Notes: a model not told the origin generated them from the sequence alone. A stretch of 50,183 bases of DNA from Opitutaceae bacterium (GCA_003140665.1 PLKS01000058.1:1-50183); one strand, 5' to 3'; counted from the stretch's first letter, positions 27,274-37,710 are shown. A program made the numbers and translations.

Positions 27274-28785
27274 TTCCGCGAGCCTCGAACGCTCGCCCTT
27301 CGTCAGCGTGACATGGGCTGCGATGGACTGGCCCTTCATCCGGTTGTGGCAATAGACGAGCCCGTTGCTGCGCGAGTCCACGTACGGATTGTCGATCTGG
27401 GCCGGATCGCCGATGAGGATGATCTTCGAGCCCTCGGAGATCCGGGTGATGACCGTCTTTACCTCGTGCGGCGTCAGCTGCTGCGCCTCGTCCAGGATGA
27501 AGAACCGCCTCGCGATCGACCGGCCGCGGATGAAGCACAGCGCCTCGATCTCGACCAGCCCGGTCTTAAGGAGCCGCTCGTAGGGCTTTATCAGGGGCGC
27601 CGTGGAATGGCCGTGGCCGCCGGAGCCGGACTGGGTGGACATCATCGACCCCATGTAATCGTCGCGCTTTCGGTGCTTCTTGTTGGAGACCTTCTTGGAC
27701 GCAAACTGCGGCTCCTTGGGGGGCTTCGACGGGATGAGCACCTCGAGCGCGTCATAGTAGGGCTGGAGCCACGGCTTCATCTTTTCATCGAGCGTGCCCG
27801 GCAGGAACCCGATGTCCTTCCCGAGCGCTATCACGGGGCGGGAGATCGAGACGCCGTCATACTTCGAATTCTCGTCGTGCGTCTGGTGGAGCGCACACGC
27901 GGTCGAGAGCAGCGTCTTTCCGGTCCCGGCCTTTCCGAAGCAGGTGAGCATGTGGATGCTGTCGTCGAGAAGCGCGTCCATCAGGAACTGCTGCTCGAGG
28001 TTTCGGGCGCGGATCGGGATCCCGCCGGGCGCCTTCACGTATTCCGGGATCTTGAGCCGGCGCACGGTCCCCTCCCCGAAATACCGCGCGGGCATCGTCT
28101 TTCCCTCGTCGGAGCGCAGGAGGACGTATTCGTTGAGGTAAAGCGGCCTCGCGGACTTCGCGTCGACCTCAAACTCGCCCTCGGAGCAGAAGCGCTGCAG
28201 CTCATATATCGAAAGGGGGATCTCGCGGTAGCTCGCCTCCTCGGCCTCCTCCGGGACCTTGTCGTTCAGGTAATCCTCGGACTCGAGCCCGACCGCCCGG
28301 GCCTTGAGCTGCACGTTGACGTCCTTCGTCACGAGGATCGTCGGGGGCGGGTACTGCTCCTGGACGAACAGCGCCGAGGCGATGATCCGGTTGTCCTGCT
28401 TTGAAAGGTCGGGCAGTATCGCCCGCAGCCGGTCCATCGCCGGGGAACGCCGGCCCGGCTCCGCAAGGTAGGGATTTATGATAACCGAGAGCGTGCCGCC
28501 GTTCGGCAGCTCGACGCCCTCGTGCATGGAGCGCGAATCGGGCAGCAACTGCTGGAGGATCCGGTGGACGCGGCGCGCGTTCCGCCCGCGCTCCGTCGAC
28601 TGCTCGCCCTTTATCGAATCGAGCTCCTCCAGGACCTCGACCGGTATCGCCAGGTTGTTCTCCTGGAATTTGTAAATCGATTGCGGGTCATGAAGCAGGA
28701 CATTCGTATCCAACACGAACGTCTTGACCTTAGCCGTAACCTTGATCCGCGAATTTGGGGCCGTGGCCCCGCGCAGGTTTTCCAT
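27253..28785 (-). CDS. PhoH2-type protein: N-terminal PIN nuclease domain fused to PhoH-like ATPase
   Basis: PIN: FVLDTNVLLHDP..IPVEVLEELD. PhoH: Walker A GKAGTGKTLL, Walker B FFILDEAQ, ..ILIGDPAQID. Confidence 0.9.
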   Translation of the reverse strand: MENLRGATAPNSRIKVTAKVKTFVLDTNVLLHDPQSIYKFQENNLAIPVEVLEELDSIKGEQSTERGRNARRVHRILQQLLPDSRSMHEGVELPNGGTLSVIINPYLAEPGRRSPAMDRLRAILPDLSKQDNRIIASALFVQEQYPPPTILVTKDVNVQLKARAVGLESEDYLNDKVPEEAEEASYREIPLSIYELQRFCSEGEFEVDAKSARPLYLNEYVLLRSDEGKTMPARYFGEGTVRRLKIPEYVKAPGGIPIRARNLEQQFLMDALLDDSIHMLTCFGKAGTGKTLLSTACALHQTHDENSKYDGVSISRPVIALGKDIGFLPGTLDEKMKPWLQPYYDALEVLIPSKPPKEPQFASKKVSNKKHRKRDDYMGSMMSTQSGSGGHGHSTAPLIKPYERLLKTGLVEIEALCFIRGRSIARRFFILDEAQQLTPHEVKTVITRISEGSKIILIGDPAQIDNPYVDSRSNGLVYCHNRMKGQSIAAHVTLTKGERSRLAELAADLL

Positions 28786-28897
28786 CGAGTTTGGGAATAT
28801 CCTGTGAGTAACTGTGCAGCTTCGCCGCCGCCTGTCGATAAAAGAATGGGATTGGGTGTGTTACAAAGCCGCACAGCCCCTCCCCTTACCGACAAAG

Positions 28898-30043
28898 TTA
28901 GCCTCGGCGAACCTCCGTGCGCCTGCCGCCCTCGGCCGCCGAGCGGTAGATCGCCTCTATGATCGCCATGTGGTCGCGTCCCATGGAGCCCGGCACCGGG
29001 GAGTCCCGCCCGGTCAGGACGCACGACGCAAAGTCGTCCATCTGGAGCGCCTGCTGATGGACCACGGGAAAGCTCATGGGGCCGCGCGAGGTCGCGGTTT
29101 CGATCCCGCGGTAATCGTATGCCGGTGCGAACTGGATCCATCCCTTTGGCCCTTCCGCCCTGAATCGGTCCGCATTGCGCGCGTAGCTTGACGACGCCTC
29201 GCAGGTCACGCCTCCCGGGAACTCCATCGTCCATTCTATCGCCTCCTCCACCTCGTTGAAAAGCGTCGGATTTGTCTTGGGCAGCTCGCGCGCGGTGACA
29301 GCGACTGGCTGGCCCATGGCGCCGCGGCATGCCGCCTGTATCACGTAGATCCCGACGTCCATGAGCGGACCGCCGCCCGAGAGCGCCTTCTCGATCCGCC
29401 AGGCCCGGTCCGTAAAGGTCCAGCTGAATTCCCCGGACATCCTATTCAGGAGCCCGAAGTCCCTCTCGCGCGCGAGCCGGTCGAGCTCGATGTGGTTGGG
29501 GTCGAAATGGAGCCGATAGCCGACGGACAGCTTCACGTTCGCCTTGCGGCAGGCGGCAATCATCGCGTCGCAATCCCTGGCGCTGTTCGCCATGGGCTTC
29601 TCGCAGATGACATGCTTGCCGGCCGCGGCGACCTTGGCGACATGCTCCGCGTGCAGCCCGTTGGGCGTCACGACGTAGACGATGTCGATGTCGGGATTCC
29701 CGGCGATTTCATGGAGGGTGTCGTAATTCCAGATGTTTTTCTCGGGAAAGCCGTACTGGCGGCTCCATTTGGCACCCTTCTCGCGCGAGCCCGTCACGAC
29801 GCCGGCCAAGCGGCACAGCTTTGTCTCGAGGAGGTTGGGCCCGAGCTCGCCGCTGGCATAATATCCCAGCCCCATGAGGGCGACGCCGAGCTTGCGCTCC
29901 CCTCCCTTTGTCGCCTCGCCGATTTGAGCGGCCAGGTTCCCCGCCGCCCCGCTGCCGACGAAGGCCGACCCCAGGGCCAGGTTGCGGACAAACGCGCGGC
30001 GCGTCTGCAGGGAGCTGACTGAGCGTCTGGGGAATTCGTTCAT
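28898..30043 (-). CDS. Gfo/Idh/MocA-family oxidoreductase with twin-arginine (TAT) signal
   Basis: TAT motif QTRRAFVRNLALGSAFVG. Rossmann-fold GVALMGLGYYA.., ..CEKPMA.. typical of the family. Confidence 0.9.
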   Translation of the reverse strand: MNEFPRRSVSSLQTRRAFVRNLALGSAFVGSGAAGNLAAQIGEATKGGERKLGVALMGLGYYASGELGPNLLETKLCRLAGVVTGSREKGAKWSRQYGFPEKNIWNYDTLHEIAGNPDIDIVYVVTPNGLHAEHVAKVAAAGKHVICEKPMANSARDCDAMIAACRKANVKLSVGYRLHFDPNHIELDRLARERDFGLLNRMSGEFSWTFTDRAWRIEKALSGGGPLMDVGIYVIQAACRGAMGQPVAVTARELPKTNPTLFNEVEEAIEWTMEFPGGVTCEASSSYARNADRFRAEGPKGWIQFAPAYDYRGIETATSRGPMSFPVVHQQALQMDDFASCVLTGRDSPVPGSMGRDHMAIIEAIYRSAAEGGRRTEVRRG

Positions 30044-30194
30044 CGGCGGGACGGGGTCACTGTGGGGAACCGGGCCGCGTTCAGGGCCGGGAGCCTACAG
30101 AAATCGAGTTGGAGAAAGGGGCAAGCACTGTCGAAGCAGGGCAACCGATCCGACATGCCGGCCAAAGCCGGCCGCGCCGCGATCCCGAGCCGCT

Positions 30195-30611
30195 TCAGGC
30201 ACGGCGCCGCAACCGCCCCGGCTTGCTGGGCATGATGAGATCCCACTTGTTTCCAAATGGGTCCTCAAACACCGCGACCGTTCCATAGGCCTCCGCACGC
30301 GGCTCCTCGTTGAACGCGACGCCCCGCCTGCGCATCTCGCGGTAGTCCCGGGCAAAATTGTCCGTGTGCAGGAACAGGAAGACGCGGCCGCCGGCCTGGC
30401 GGCCGACGGATGCCTTCTCCTTGCGGTTCTTAGCCCTTGCCAGCAGCACGCGGCACTCCCCCGAGCCGGGCGGAGCCAAGAGGATCCACCGCCTTCCCCC
30501 ACCCAGAGGCGCATCCTCCACCACTTCAAAGCGGAGAGTGCGGGTGTAGAACTTGAGAGCTTCCTCGTAGTCCCTGACGAGGAGGGAGACGGCGCCGATT
30601 GCCTGCTTCAT
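30195..30611 (-). CDS. VOC-family (glyoxalase/bleomycin-resistance/dioxygenase fold) protein
   Basis: 138 aa. VSLLVRDYEEALKFY..LRFEVVED.. and ..GTVAVFEDPFGNKWDLI are typical of paired beta-alpha-beta-beta-beta modules. Confidence 0.88.
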   Translation of the reverse strand: MKQAIGAVSLLVRDYEEALKFYTRTLRFEVVEDAPLGGGRRWILLAPPGSGECRVLLARAKNRKEKASVGRQAGGRVFLFLHTDNFARDYREMRRRGVAFNEEPRAEAYGTVAVFEDPFGNKWDLIMPSKPGRLRRRA

Positions 30612-30838
30612 ATCCTAGCTTGGCGACGCGCACGACACCATGGGCAGCAGAGATTTGCGGTATTTGATCGGGAGCTCAAAGCCGGTTTGGGGCTATGACA
30701 CGAAACCCCGGAGCAGGGCTTGTCAAACGCGGCGTGACGATGCAGATTAACCACTCGACATTGATGAAACTAGCCTCCGCAAAGGCAAAAGCCACTGCCG
30801 CGAGACGCGTGCGTGTCTGTTGCCTCCTTCAATAGATA

Positions 30839-31561
30839 ATGGCAACTGCGGACCATGTTTCCCCCGCGGTAGAATCAACCGCGGCGGACCGGAGGCTATC
30901 GGACGCGTCGGCTGCGGACCGCATCCGCTGGGCCGTGGAGCAGTTCGGGGGCTCCCTCGTCATGAGCACGAGTTTCGGCTCCCAGTCGGCCGTGATGCTC
31001 CACCTCGCGACGCGGATCATGCCCGAGATTCCGGTCGTGTTCGTCGACACCGGCTACCTCTTCCCCGAGACCTACCGCTTTGCGGACCTTCTCGCTGCCC
31101 GGCTCCGGCTCAACCTGAAGGTGTTCCGCGCGGCCGAGTCTCCCGCGTGGATCGAGGCCCGCCATGGCAAGCTCTGGGAAAAGGGCGAAAAGGGCATCGA
31201 CGCCTACAACCAGATCGTGAAGGTCGAGCCCATGCAGAGGGCGCTCTCCGAGCTGGGGGCCCGCGCGTGGCTTGCGGGGCTGAGGCGCTCGCAGTCGAGC
31301 ACGCGCGAGCGGCTGCCAATCGTCAGCACCCAGGACGGGCGTGCGAAGATTCTTCCGATCGTCACGTGGACCGACCGCGACGTCCACCGGTACCTGACGG
31401 AGAACGACCTTCCGTATCACCCGCTGTGGGAGAAGGGCTACATTTCGATCGGCGACGTCCAGACGTCGCGGCCGGTCTCCTCCGAAATGACCGCCGAGGA
31501 GTCGCGCTTCTTCGGCATCAAGCGCGAATGCGGGCTCCACGACCCGGCGGCGAACATCTGA
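30839..31561 (+). CDS. cysH: Phosphoadenosine phosphosulfate (PAPS) reductase
   Basis: LVMSTSFGSQSAVMLHL, VFVDTGYLFPETY, C-terminal KRECGLH. It has a single Cys only (no CC..CxxC Fe-S motif), which points to the PAPS-type and is consistent with the CysC domain downstream. Confidence 0.92.
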   Translation: MATADHVSPAVESTAADRRLSDASAADRIRWAVEQFGGSLVMSTSFGSQSAVMLHLATRIMPEIPVVFVDTGYLFPETYRFADLLAARLRLNLKVFRAAESPAWIEARHGKLWEKGEKGIDAYNQIVKVEPMQRALSELGARAWLAGLRRSQSSTRERLPIVSTQDGRAKILPIVTWTDRDVHRYLTENDLPYHPLWEKGYISIGDVQTSRPVSSEMTAEESRFFGIKRECGLHDPAANI

Positions 31562-31574
31562 GCGCCCTTACGAA

Positions 31575-32378
31575 GTGAGCCACCTCTCCGACCTGGAATC
31601 CCACAGCATCTACCTCATCCGCGAGGCGTTCCACGGCTTTGAGAAGCCGGCGATGCTCTGGTCGATGGGCAAGGACTCGAACGTGCTCCTGTGGCTCGCG
31701 AAGAAGGCGTTCTGCGGCCGCATGCCCTTCCCGGTGGTGCACATCGACACGACGTACGAATTTCCCGAGATGATCGAGTTTCGCAACTGGGCGAAGGAGC
31801 ACTATGGGTTCGACCTCGCGGTCTGGACCAACCTCGAAGCCCGCGCAAAGGGGATCGGGTACGAGACGACCGATCCCGTGACGGTGACCCACGAGCTGAA
31901 GACCGTCGCGCTTCAGCAGTGCCTGGCGGCCAACAAGTTCGACGCGCTCATAACCGGCATCCGGCGGGACGAGGACTCGACGCGCGCGAAGGAGCGCTAC
32001 TTCTCCCCGCGAAACGCGGAGTTCGAGTGGGACTACAAGGACCAGCCGCCCGAGTTCTGGAACCATTTCACGACCGATTCGGGGCCGGGCGAGCACGTCC
32101 GCGTGCAGCCGCTTCTCGACTGGACGGAGATCGACATCTGGAGGTACCTCGAGCGCGAGAAGGTCCCGCTGCCGGGGATGTATTTCTCCCGGAACGGGCA
32201 GCGGTACCGTTCCCTCGGGTGCATGCCGATCACAAAGCCGGTGCGAAGCAACGCGAAGACGATCGCCGACATCATCGAGGAGCTCAAGATCACCAGGATT
32301 TCCGAGCGTTCGGGCCGCGCCCAGGACCACCATGAGCGCAACGCGATGCAGAAGCTCCGCGCCAAGGGCTTCATGTGA
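31575..32378 (+). CDS. cysD: Sulfate adenylyltransferase subunit 2
   Basis: GTG start. [15 protein letters not shown]-loop [11 protein letters not shown], ..[17 protein letters not shown].. typical of CysD. Confidence 0.95.
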   Translation: MSHLSDLESHSIYLIREAFHGFEKPAMLWSMGKDSNVLLWLAKKAFCGRMPFPVVHIDTTYEFPEMIEFRNWAKEHYGFDLAVWTNLEARAKGIGYETTDPVTVTHELKTVALQQCLAANKFDALITGIRRDEDSTRAKERYFSPRNAEFEWDYKDQPPEFWNHFTTDSGPGEHVRVQPLLDWTEIDIWRYLEREKVPLPGMYFSRNGQRYRSLGCMPITKPVRSNAKTIADIIEELKITRISERSGRAQDHHERNAMQKLRAKGFM

Positions 32379-34336
32379 CCCCGAAGATGAGCCTCCTTTC
32401 AGAAACCGCCCTTCCCTCGCAGACGCCGGCCGAATCGCTCCCGGCGCACGGCGCCCCGGCGGCCCAGCGCCCGGGCTCGGACCACCTCTACCTTGTGGTC
32501 GTGGGCCACGTCGACCATGGGAAATCCACCCTTATCGGTCGGCTCCTCTTCGACACGCACTCGGTGCCCGACGGAAAGGCGGAGCGCATCGAGGCCGCCT
32601 GCAAGGCCGAGGGGATGGAGTTCGAGTACGCGTTCCTCCTGGACGCGCTCCTTGAAGAGCAGGCGCAGAACATAACGATGGACACGACCCGCGTGCCCTT
32701 TCACACGGAACGCCGCTCGTTCACGATCATCGACGCCCCAGGGCACAAGGAGTTCCTGAAGAACATGATCACCGGGGCGGCAAGCGCCGATGCCGCGGTC
32801 CTCCTTGTCGACGCCCAGGAGGGCCTGCGCGAGCAGACTCGCAGGCACTGCTTCCTTCTTTCGCTCCTCGGGCTCCGGCAGATCGTCGTCGCCGTGAACA
32901 AGATGGACCTGGTCGGGTACCGACCCGAGGTCTTCGACCGCATCCGCGCCGAGCTCGGTGAATTCCTCGGCAGGCTCGGGGTGGAACCCGCGAACTTCAT
33001 CCCCATCTCCGCCAAGCATGGGGAGGGGCTGCTCAGGCACAGCGACCGCATGCCGTGGTACCGCGGCCCGACGCTGCTCGAGGTGCTTGAGAAGTTCCGC
33101 GCCAACCCGCCCGCATCCGGCGGACCCCTGAGGTTTTCGGTCCAGGACGTCTACCGGTTCGACGCGCGCCGCATCATCGCGGGCCCTGTCGAGTCCGGCA
33201 GGATCTCGGTCGGGGACCCGATCGAATTCGTTCCCGGCGGAAAGCGCAGCCGGGTGAAGTCCATAGAGACATGGCCCCCCGAGAATCCGCCGCCGAGGGG
33301 CCCGATCGGGGCCGGGCGGCAGGTCGCGGTGACGCTCGAGGACGAGCTCTTCGTCGAGCGCGGCCAGGTCGGCGCTCCGCTGACGGACAAGCCGTTCGAG
33401 GCCCGGACCTTCACCGCGCGGGTCTTCTGGATCCACGACAAGCCGCTTCGGTCCGGCGAGCTCATCCCCCTGAAGCTCGGCACCCAGCAGGCGGAGGCGC
33501 GCATCCTTGGAATCCAGCGAACGCTCGACGCCGTGACGCTTGAGTCCGGCACCGGCACCACGGGCGAGGTCAAGGTTCACGAGGTGGCGGAGATCCGGAT
33601 GCGCGTCAGGAGGCCCATCGCCTTCGACGTGGGCGGCAAGGTGCCGGCCCTCGGCCGCTTTGTCCTCATGCGGGGGCGCAGGATCGGCGGAGGCGGCGTC
33701 ATCGATTCGGTGGTTGAGGAGCCGCCGGAGGCCAGGGGCGTGAATCCGGTGAGCCGGTCTGCCATACTCGGCCACCGCGGCTGCATCGTGTGGATGACAG
33801 GCCTGTCCGGCGCCGGGAAATCCACGCTCGCCAACGCGCTCGAGCAGCGGCTCCTGAACTCCGGCATCCTTTCGGCGGTCCTTGACGGGGACGCCCTGCG
33901 GACGGGACTCAGCCGGAACCTCGGGTTCACCGCGGACGACCGCAGCGAGAATCTACGGCGGGCGGCGGAGCTGGCGATCCACCTCGCGAATGCGGGCGTC
34001 GTCGTCATCGCGGCCCTCATCTCGCCCTTTCGCGTGGACCGCGCCATGGCGGCCGAGCGCGCCAAGGAGCGCGGCGTCCCGTTTGCAGAGATCTTCGTGA
34101 ACGCGCCCCTCGCGGAATGCGAGCGCCGCGACCCCAAACAACTCTACAAGAAGGCCCGGGAGGGAATGATCCCGCAGTTCACCGGGATCGACTCCCCCTA
34201 CGAGCCGCCCCTGGCGCCCGACCTGGAGATAAGGACCGACCGCGAGAGCGTGGACGACTCGATCGGCAAACTTGCCGAGCTTGCGCTCGGCCTGGCGCGG
34301 CCGTCGGAGCAGACCGGAGGTGGCGCGGACATATGA
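32375..34336 (+). CDS. cysNC: Bifunctional sulfate adenylyltransferase subunit 1 / adenylylsulfate kinase
   Basis: GTPase motifs [19 protein letters not shown]-terminal APS kinase with P-loop [12 protein letters not shown] 32375 overlaps the cysD stop (GTGA); in-frame ATG 32387 is an alternative start. Confidence 0.95.
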   Translation: MTPKMSLLSETALPSQTPAESLPAHGAPAAQRPGSDHLYLVVVGHVDHGKSTLIGRLLFDTHSVPDGKAERIEAACKAEGMEFEYAFLLDALLEEQAQNITMDTTRVPFHTERRSFTIIDAPGHKEFLKNMITGAASADAAVLLVDAQEGLREQTRRHCFLLSLLGLRQIVVAVNKMDLVGYRPEVFDRIRAELGEFLGRLGVEPANFIPISAKHGEGLLRHSDRMPWYRGPTLLEVLEKFRANPPASGGPLRFSVQDVYRFDARRIIAGPVESGRISVGDPIEFVPGGKRSRVKSIETWPPENPPPRGPIGAGRQVAVTLEDELFVERGQVGAPLTDKPFEARTFTARVFWIHDKPLRSGELIPLKLGTQQAEARILGIQRTLDAVTLESGTGTTGEVKVHEVAEIRMRVRRPIAFDVGGKVPALGRFVLMRGRRIGGGGVIDSVVEEPPEARGVNPVSRSAILGHRGCIVWMTGLSGAGKSTLANALEQRLLNSGILSAVLDGDALRTGLSRNLGFTADDRSENLRRAAELAIHLANAGVVVIAALISPFRVDRAMAAERAKERGVPFAEIFVNAPLAECERRDPKQLYKKAREGMIPQFTGIDSPYEPPLAPDLEIRTDRESVDDSIGKLAELALGLARPSEQTGGGADI

Positions 34337-35106
34337 CGCCGGGAATCGTCTATCTTGTCGGCGCCGGCCCCGGCGACCCGGAGCTCCTCACGATAAAGGC
34401 CAAGCGGGTCCTGGGCGCGGCGGACGCCGTCGTCTACGACCATCTCGTCGCGCCGGAGGTGCTGGAGCTCGCGGGACCGGGATGCGAGCGCGTTTTTGCC
34501 GGAAAGAAGGGCGGCGAGTTCTCCCGGCCGCAGTCCGAGATCGACGAGACCCTTGTCCGGCTGGCCCTCGAGGGAAAGACCGTCGTCCGCCTGAAGGGCG
34601 GCGATCCGTTCATTTTTGGCCGGGGGGGTGAGGAGGCCGCGGCGCTCGCCGCCGCCGGGATTGCATTCGAGATTGTGCCGGGAGTCACGGCGGCCCTCGC
34701 GGCTGCGGCCTACGCGGGGATTCCGCTCACGCACCGGCTGCTCAGCTCCTCCGTCGTATTGCTGACCGGCCATGAGGATCCGTCGAAGCCGGGCGCGACG
34801 GTCCGCTGGGAGGATTACGCGAGGCTCAAGGCGACCCTTTGCATCTACATGGGCGTCAGAAACCTCGAAACGATCGCCCGGCGCCTCGAGGCGGGCGGCC
34901 TCGCGGCGACGACCCCCGCCGCGATCGTGCAGTCGGCGACGACAGTCGAACACCGGAGGATCCTGGGCACCCTGGGAACGCTCGCGGAGCTGGCCGCCAG
35001 GGAGAATGTCGATGCGCCCGCGATGATCATCATAGGCGAGGTGGCCGCATTCTCGGAAACCCTGGACTGGTTCGAGCCTGCCCGGCACCAGGCGCTCGCC
35101 CGATGA
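34333..35106 (+). CDS. cobA: Uroporphyrinogen-III C-methyltransferase (SUMT)
   Basis: ATG 34333 overlaps the cysNC stop (ATGA). [22 protein letters not shown], ..[18 protein letters not shown]. There is no N-terminal dehydrogenase/chelatase domain, so this is not a full CysG. Confidence 0.92.
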   Translation: MTPGIVYLVGAGPGDPELLTIKAKRVLGAADAVVYDHLVAPEVLELAGPGCERVFAGKKGGEFSRPQSEIDETLVRLALEGKTVVRLKGGDPFIFGRGGEEAAALAAAGIAFEIVPGVTAALAAAAYAGIPLTHRLLSSSVVLLTGHEDPSKPGATVRWEDYARLKATLCIYMGVRNLETIARRLEAGGLAATTPAAIVQSATTVEHRRILGTLGTLAELAARENVDAPAMIIIGEVAAFSETLDWFEPARHQALAR

Positions 35107-35921
35107 AGGTCGCCCTGGTCGACAACGGTTCGCTCGAACCCGCGGCGCACGCGGGCCTCAGGTCGGTCGCCGACGCCATCGGGAAAGCGGCCGGGATTTT
35201 CGTGGAGGCCGTCTCGTGGAAGCACAGCGGGCGGATACCCGCCAACGCCCTGGAGGATGGGCCGGCGTGGACAATCGAACCCTGGATCCGCGCCCGGCTC
35301 GCGGATGGGGAGCGCGAATTCGTGTTCGTCCCGTTCTTCATAAGCCCGCAGGGCGCGATCGGATCGTCCTTGCGCGGGGACCTCGAGGCGCTTCGTGGCA
35401 ACCCGGGCGGGTTCGACTTCTCGTTCACCGCGGGCCTGACGGCCGGCGCCCTAGCCTCGATCGTCGCCGATCGCGCCCGCGAGGCCGGCGCCGACAAGGG
35501 GCTTCGGCGTCCCGCGGTCGTTGTCGTCGACCACGGGGGGCCCTCCGCCGCCTCGGCCGCCATCCGCGACACCGTTGCGGAGGCCGCCCGCGAGAGGCTT
35601 GGCAATGCCTTTGGCCCGCTCGCGGCCGCGTCCATGGAGTCGCCCGCCGGCGCGGAATTCGCGTTCAACCGGCCGCTCCTGCCGGAGGCGCTCGCGGCTC
35701 CGGGATTCAGCTCGGGCGATGTCATTGTCGCGCCGCTTTTCCTTTCACCGGGCCGCCATGCCGGGCCGGGAGGCGACCTGGCGAGGATCGCCCGGGAGGC
35801 GCAGGCGCGCTCGCCGTCGCTCCGCTGCCATTTCACGGGACTTGTCGGAACCCATCCGATCGCGGCCGAGTTCCTTTCGGGCGCGCTCAGGGAGGCATTA
35901 GGCGTCGAAGTCCATCCATGA
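35103..35921 (+). CDS. cbiX: CbiX/SirB-type sirohydrochlorin chelatase
   Basis: ATG 35103 overlaps the cobA stop (ATGA). Two-lobed class-II chelatase layout ([10 protein letters not shown].. and ..VVVVDHGGPS..), ..PLFLSPGRH. Its position between SUMT and sulfite reductase supports a siroheme ferrochelatase role. Confidence 0.78.
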   Translation: MKVALVDNGSLEPAAHAGLRSVADAIGKAAGIFVEAVSWKHSGRIPANALEDGPAWTIEPWIRARLADGEREFVFVPFFISPQGAIGSSLRGDLEALRGNPGGFDFSFTAGLTAGALASIVADRAREAGADKGLRRPAVVVVDHGGPSAASAAIRDTVAEAARERLGNAFGPLAAASMESPAGAEFAFNRPLLPEALAAPGFSSGDVIVAPLFLSPGRHAGPGGDLARIAREAQARSPSLRCHFTGLVGTHPIAAEFLSGALREALGVEVHP

Positions 35922-37648
35922 GCGAGATCCCGGAAGCCAAGCCCAAGCCGCTCCACAAGAATGAGCAGCTGAAGGCGGACAGCAATTTCCTGCGCGGCCA
36001 CATCCGGCGCGACCTCGAGGACGAGACGTCGGGCACGATATCGGAGGATAGCGCCCAGCTCACGAAATTCCACGGGATCTATCCGCAGGACGACCGCGAC
36101 CTTCGCGCGCAGCGGCGCAAGGAGGGCAGGGAAAAGGCCTATATCTTCATGGCGCGGGTCCGCGTCCCGGGCGGCGTCTGCACGCCGAGCCAGTGGCTTG
36201 CGATGGACGCGATCGCCGATTCCCACGGGAACGGCACCCTGAAGATCACGAACCGGCAGTCATTCCAGCTCCACGGCGTAATCAAGAGGAACCTGCGCTC
36301 CGCGATCCACGAGGTGAACAGGGCGCTCCTCGACACGCTCGCCGCGTGCGGCGACGTGAACCGAAACGTGATGTGCAACCCGAACCCCCACCTCTCGGGC
36401 CTGCATTCCGAGACGCTCGCGATCGCCCGTGCCGTCGCGGACCGCCTGCTTCCCCGCACCAAGGCGTACCATGAGCTCTGGGTTGACGACACCCTGGTCG
36501 GGGGAGGCGAGCCGGCCGCGGACGAGGAGCCGATGTATGGCCGCACCTACCTTCCCCGGAAGTTCAAGACCGTGTTTGCGATCCCCCCGAGCAACGACGT
36601 GGACGTGTTCGCGCACGACCTGGGGTTCATAGCGATCACCGACGAGGGCGGACGGCTGACCGGATTCGACGTGACGGTCGGCGGGGGGATGGGGATGTCC
36701 CACAACCAGGTCGACACTTTCCCGCGGCTCGCCGACGTGCTTGGCTTCTGCCGCCCGGACCAGGTGGTCGACGTGGCGGAGAAGATCGTCACCGTGCAGC
36801 GGGACTTCGGCGACAGGACCGAGAGAAAGCACGCGCGGTTCAAGTACACGGTGGCCGACCGCGGCCTCGTGTGGATCCGGTCGGAGGTCGAGCGCCGGCT
36901 CGGCTGGGAGCTCGGCGCGCCCCGCCGCTTCGAGTTCACGGACACCGGCGACCGGTACGGCTGGACGGACGGCCCCAACGGCGACTCGCATTTCACGCTG
37001 TTCATCGAGAACGGGCGCGTGAAGGACGCGGCGAAGACGGCGCTTCGCGAGATCGCCAAGGTTCACCGGGGCGACTTCCGCCTCACGCCGAACCAGCATC
37101 TCATGATCGCGAGCGTCACCCCGGCGGATCGCCCCCGGATCGAGGCGCTTCTGAGGGAGCACGTCCTCGACACCGCCCATCGCGCGACCGGACTTCGGCT
37201 CAACTCGATGGCTTGTGTCGCGCTGCCCACCTGCGGGCTGGCCCTCGCGGAGAGCGAGCGCTACCTACCCGACCTGGTGACCGCGCTCGACGCGGAGGTC
37301 GAGGCGGCCGGGCTGCGCGACGACGCGATCGTGATCCGCATGACCGGCTGCCCCAACGGGTGCGGCCGCCCGTTCCTCGCCGAGATCGGGTTTGTCGGCA
37401 AGTCCCCCGGAAAGTACAACATGTACCTTGGCGCGGCCTTCAACGGCACTCGGCTCAACACGCTATACAGGCCCTCGGTCCCCGCCTCGGACATCGTCCC
37501 CACGGTGCGTCCCCTGTTGAGGCGCTATTCCGCCGAGCGCCTGCCGGGGGAACGCTTCGGCGACTTCGCGACCCGCGTTGGGCTCGTGAACCCGACAGGG
37601 ACCCCCGCGGATTTCCACGACAAGGCTCCGGCGGCGCATTCGGCCTGA
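35918..37648 (+). CDS. cysI: Assimilatory sulfite reductase hemoprotein (siroheme/4Fe-4S)
   Basis: ATG 35918 overlaps the cbiX stop (ATGA). ..LTKFHGIYPQDDRD.. and Cys cluster CVALPTCGLA ... TGCPNGCGRP. The 810-aa track ORF start at 35216 is an out-of-frame extension over cbiX. Confidence 0.92.
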   Translation: MSEIPEAKPKPLHKNEQLKADSNFLRGHIRRDLEDETSGTISEDSAQLTKFHGIYPQDDRDLRAQRRKEGREKAYIFMARVRVPGGVCTPSQWLAMDAIADSHGNGTLKITNRQSFQLHGVIKRNLRSAIHEVNRALLDTLAACGDVNRNVMCNPNPHLSGLHSETLAIARAVADRLLPRTKAYHELWVDDTLVGGGEPAADEEPMYGRTYLPRKFKTVFAIPPSNDVDVFAHDLGFIAITDEGGRLTGFDVTVGGGMGMSHNQVDTFPRLADVLGFCRPDQVVDVAEKIVTVQRDFGDRTERKHARFKYTVADRGLVWIRSEVERRLGWELGAPRRFEFTDTGDRYGWTDGPNGDSHFTLFIENGRVKDAAKTALREIAKVHRGDFRLTPNQHLMIASVTPADRPRIEALLREHVLDTAHRATGLRLNSMACVALPTCGLALAESERYLPDLVTALDAEVEAAGLRDDAIVIRMTGCPNGCGRPFLAEIGFVGKSPGKYNMYLGAAFNGTRLNTLYRPSVPASDIVPTVRPLLRRYSAERLPGERFGDFATRVGLVNPTGTPADFHDKAPAAHSA

Positions 37649-37678
37649 GAACCCCACAGGGGTCCACGTCCGAAAATG

Positions 37679-37710
37679 AAACGGGCCGCCTTACCCGAGG
37701 CGGCCCGTTT
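37679..37710. terminator. Perfect 12-bp hairpin, likely bidirectional intrinsic terminator after cysI
   Basis: AAACGGGCCGCC (37679-37690) / loop TTACCCGA / GGCGGCCCGTTT (37699-37710). It lies 31 nt after the cysI stop. The A-tract and T-tract flanks are part of the stem. Confidence 0.6.

Noticed and set aside
30150-30180. GCCGGC-CAAA-GCCGGC hairpin downstream of the VOC gene. Also the 9-bp inverted repeat CCGCAAGCG/CGCTTGCGG at 41749-41802 upstream of prfB and the AKR gene.
   Set aside because: These are short GC stems without U-tracts, expected by chance in GC-rich DNA. There is no positional or sequence support for function.
30612-30838. Riboswitch or leader upstream of the cys operon (227-nt spacer, one of the two longest in the window). 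A possible sigma70-like TTGTCA-N17-CAGATT lies near 30720-30748.
   Set aside because: I could not trace a conserved SAM or other riboswitch core, nor a convincing terminator/antiterminator pair. The promoter match is weak. I leave this as unannotated spacer pending a covariance-model scan.
35216-35917. N-terminal extension that makes cysI an 810-aa ORF. Analogous 5' extensions occur in track ORFs 8310..9692, 11132.., 24735.., 26506.., 34117.., 34839.., 46430..47788 and 47595..48335.
   Set aside because: The extensions overlap the preceding gene in another frame, are R/P/G-rich, and are absent from the families concerned. Internal ATG/GTG codons that form ATGA/GTGA overlaps with the upstream stop give canonical N-termini.
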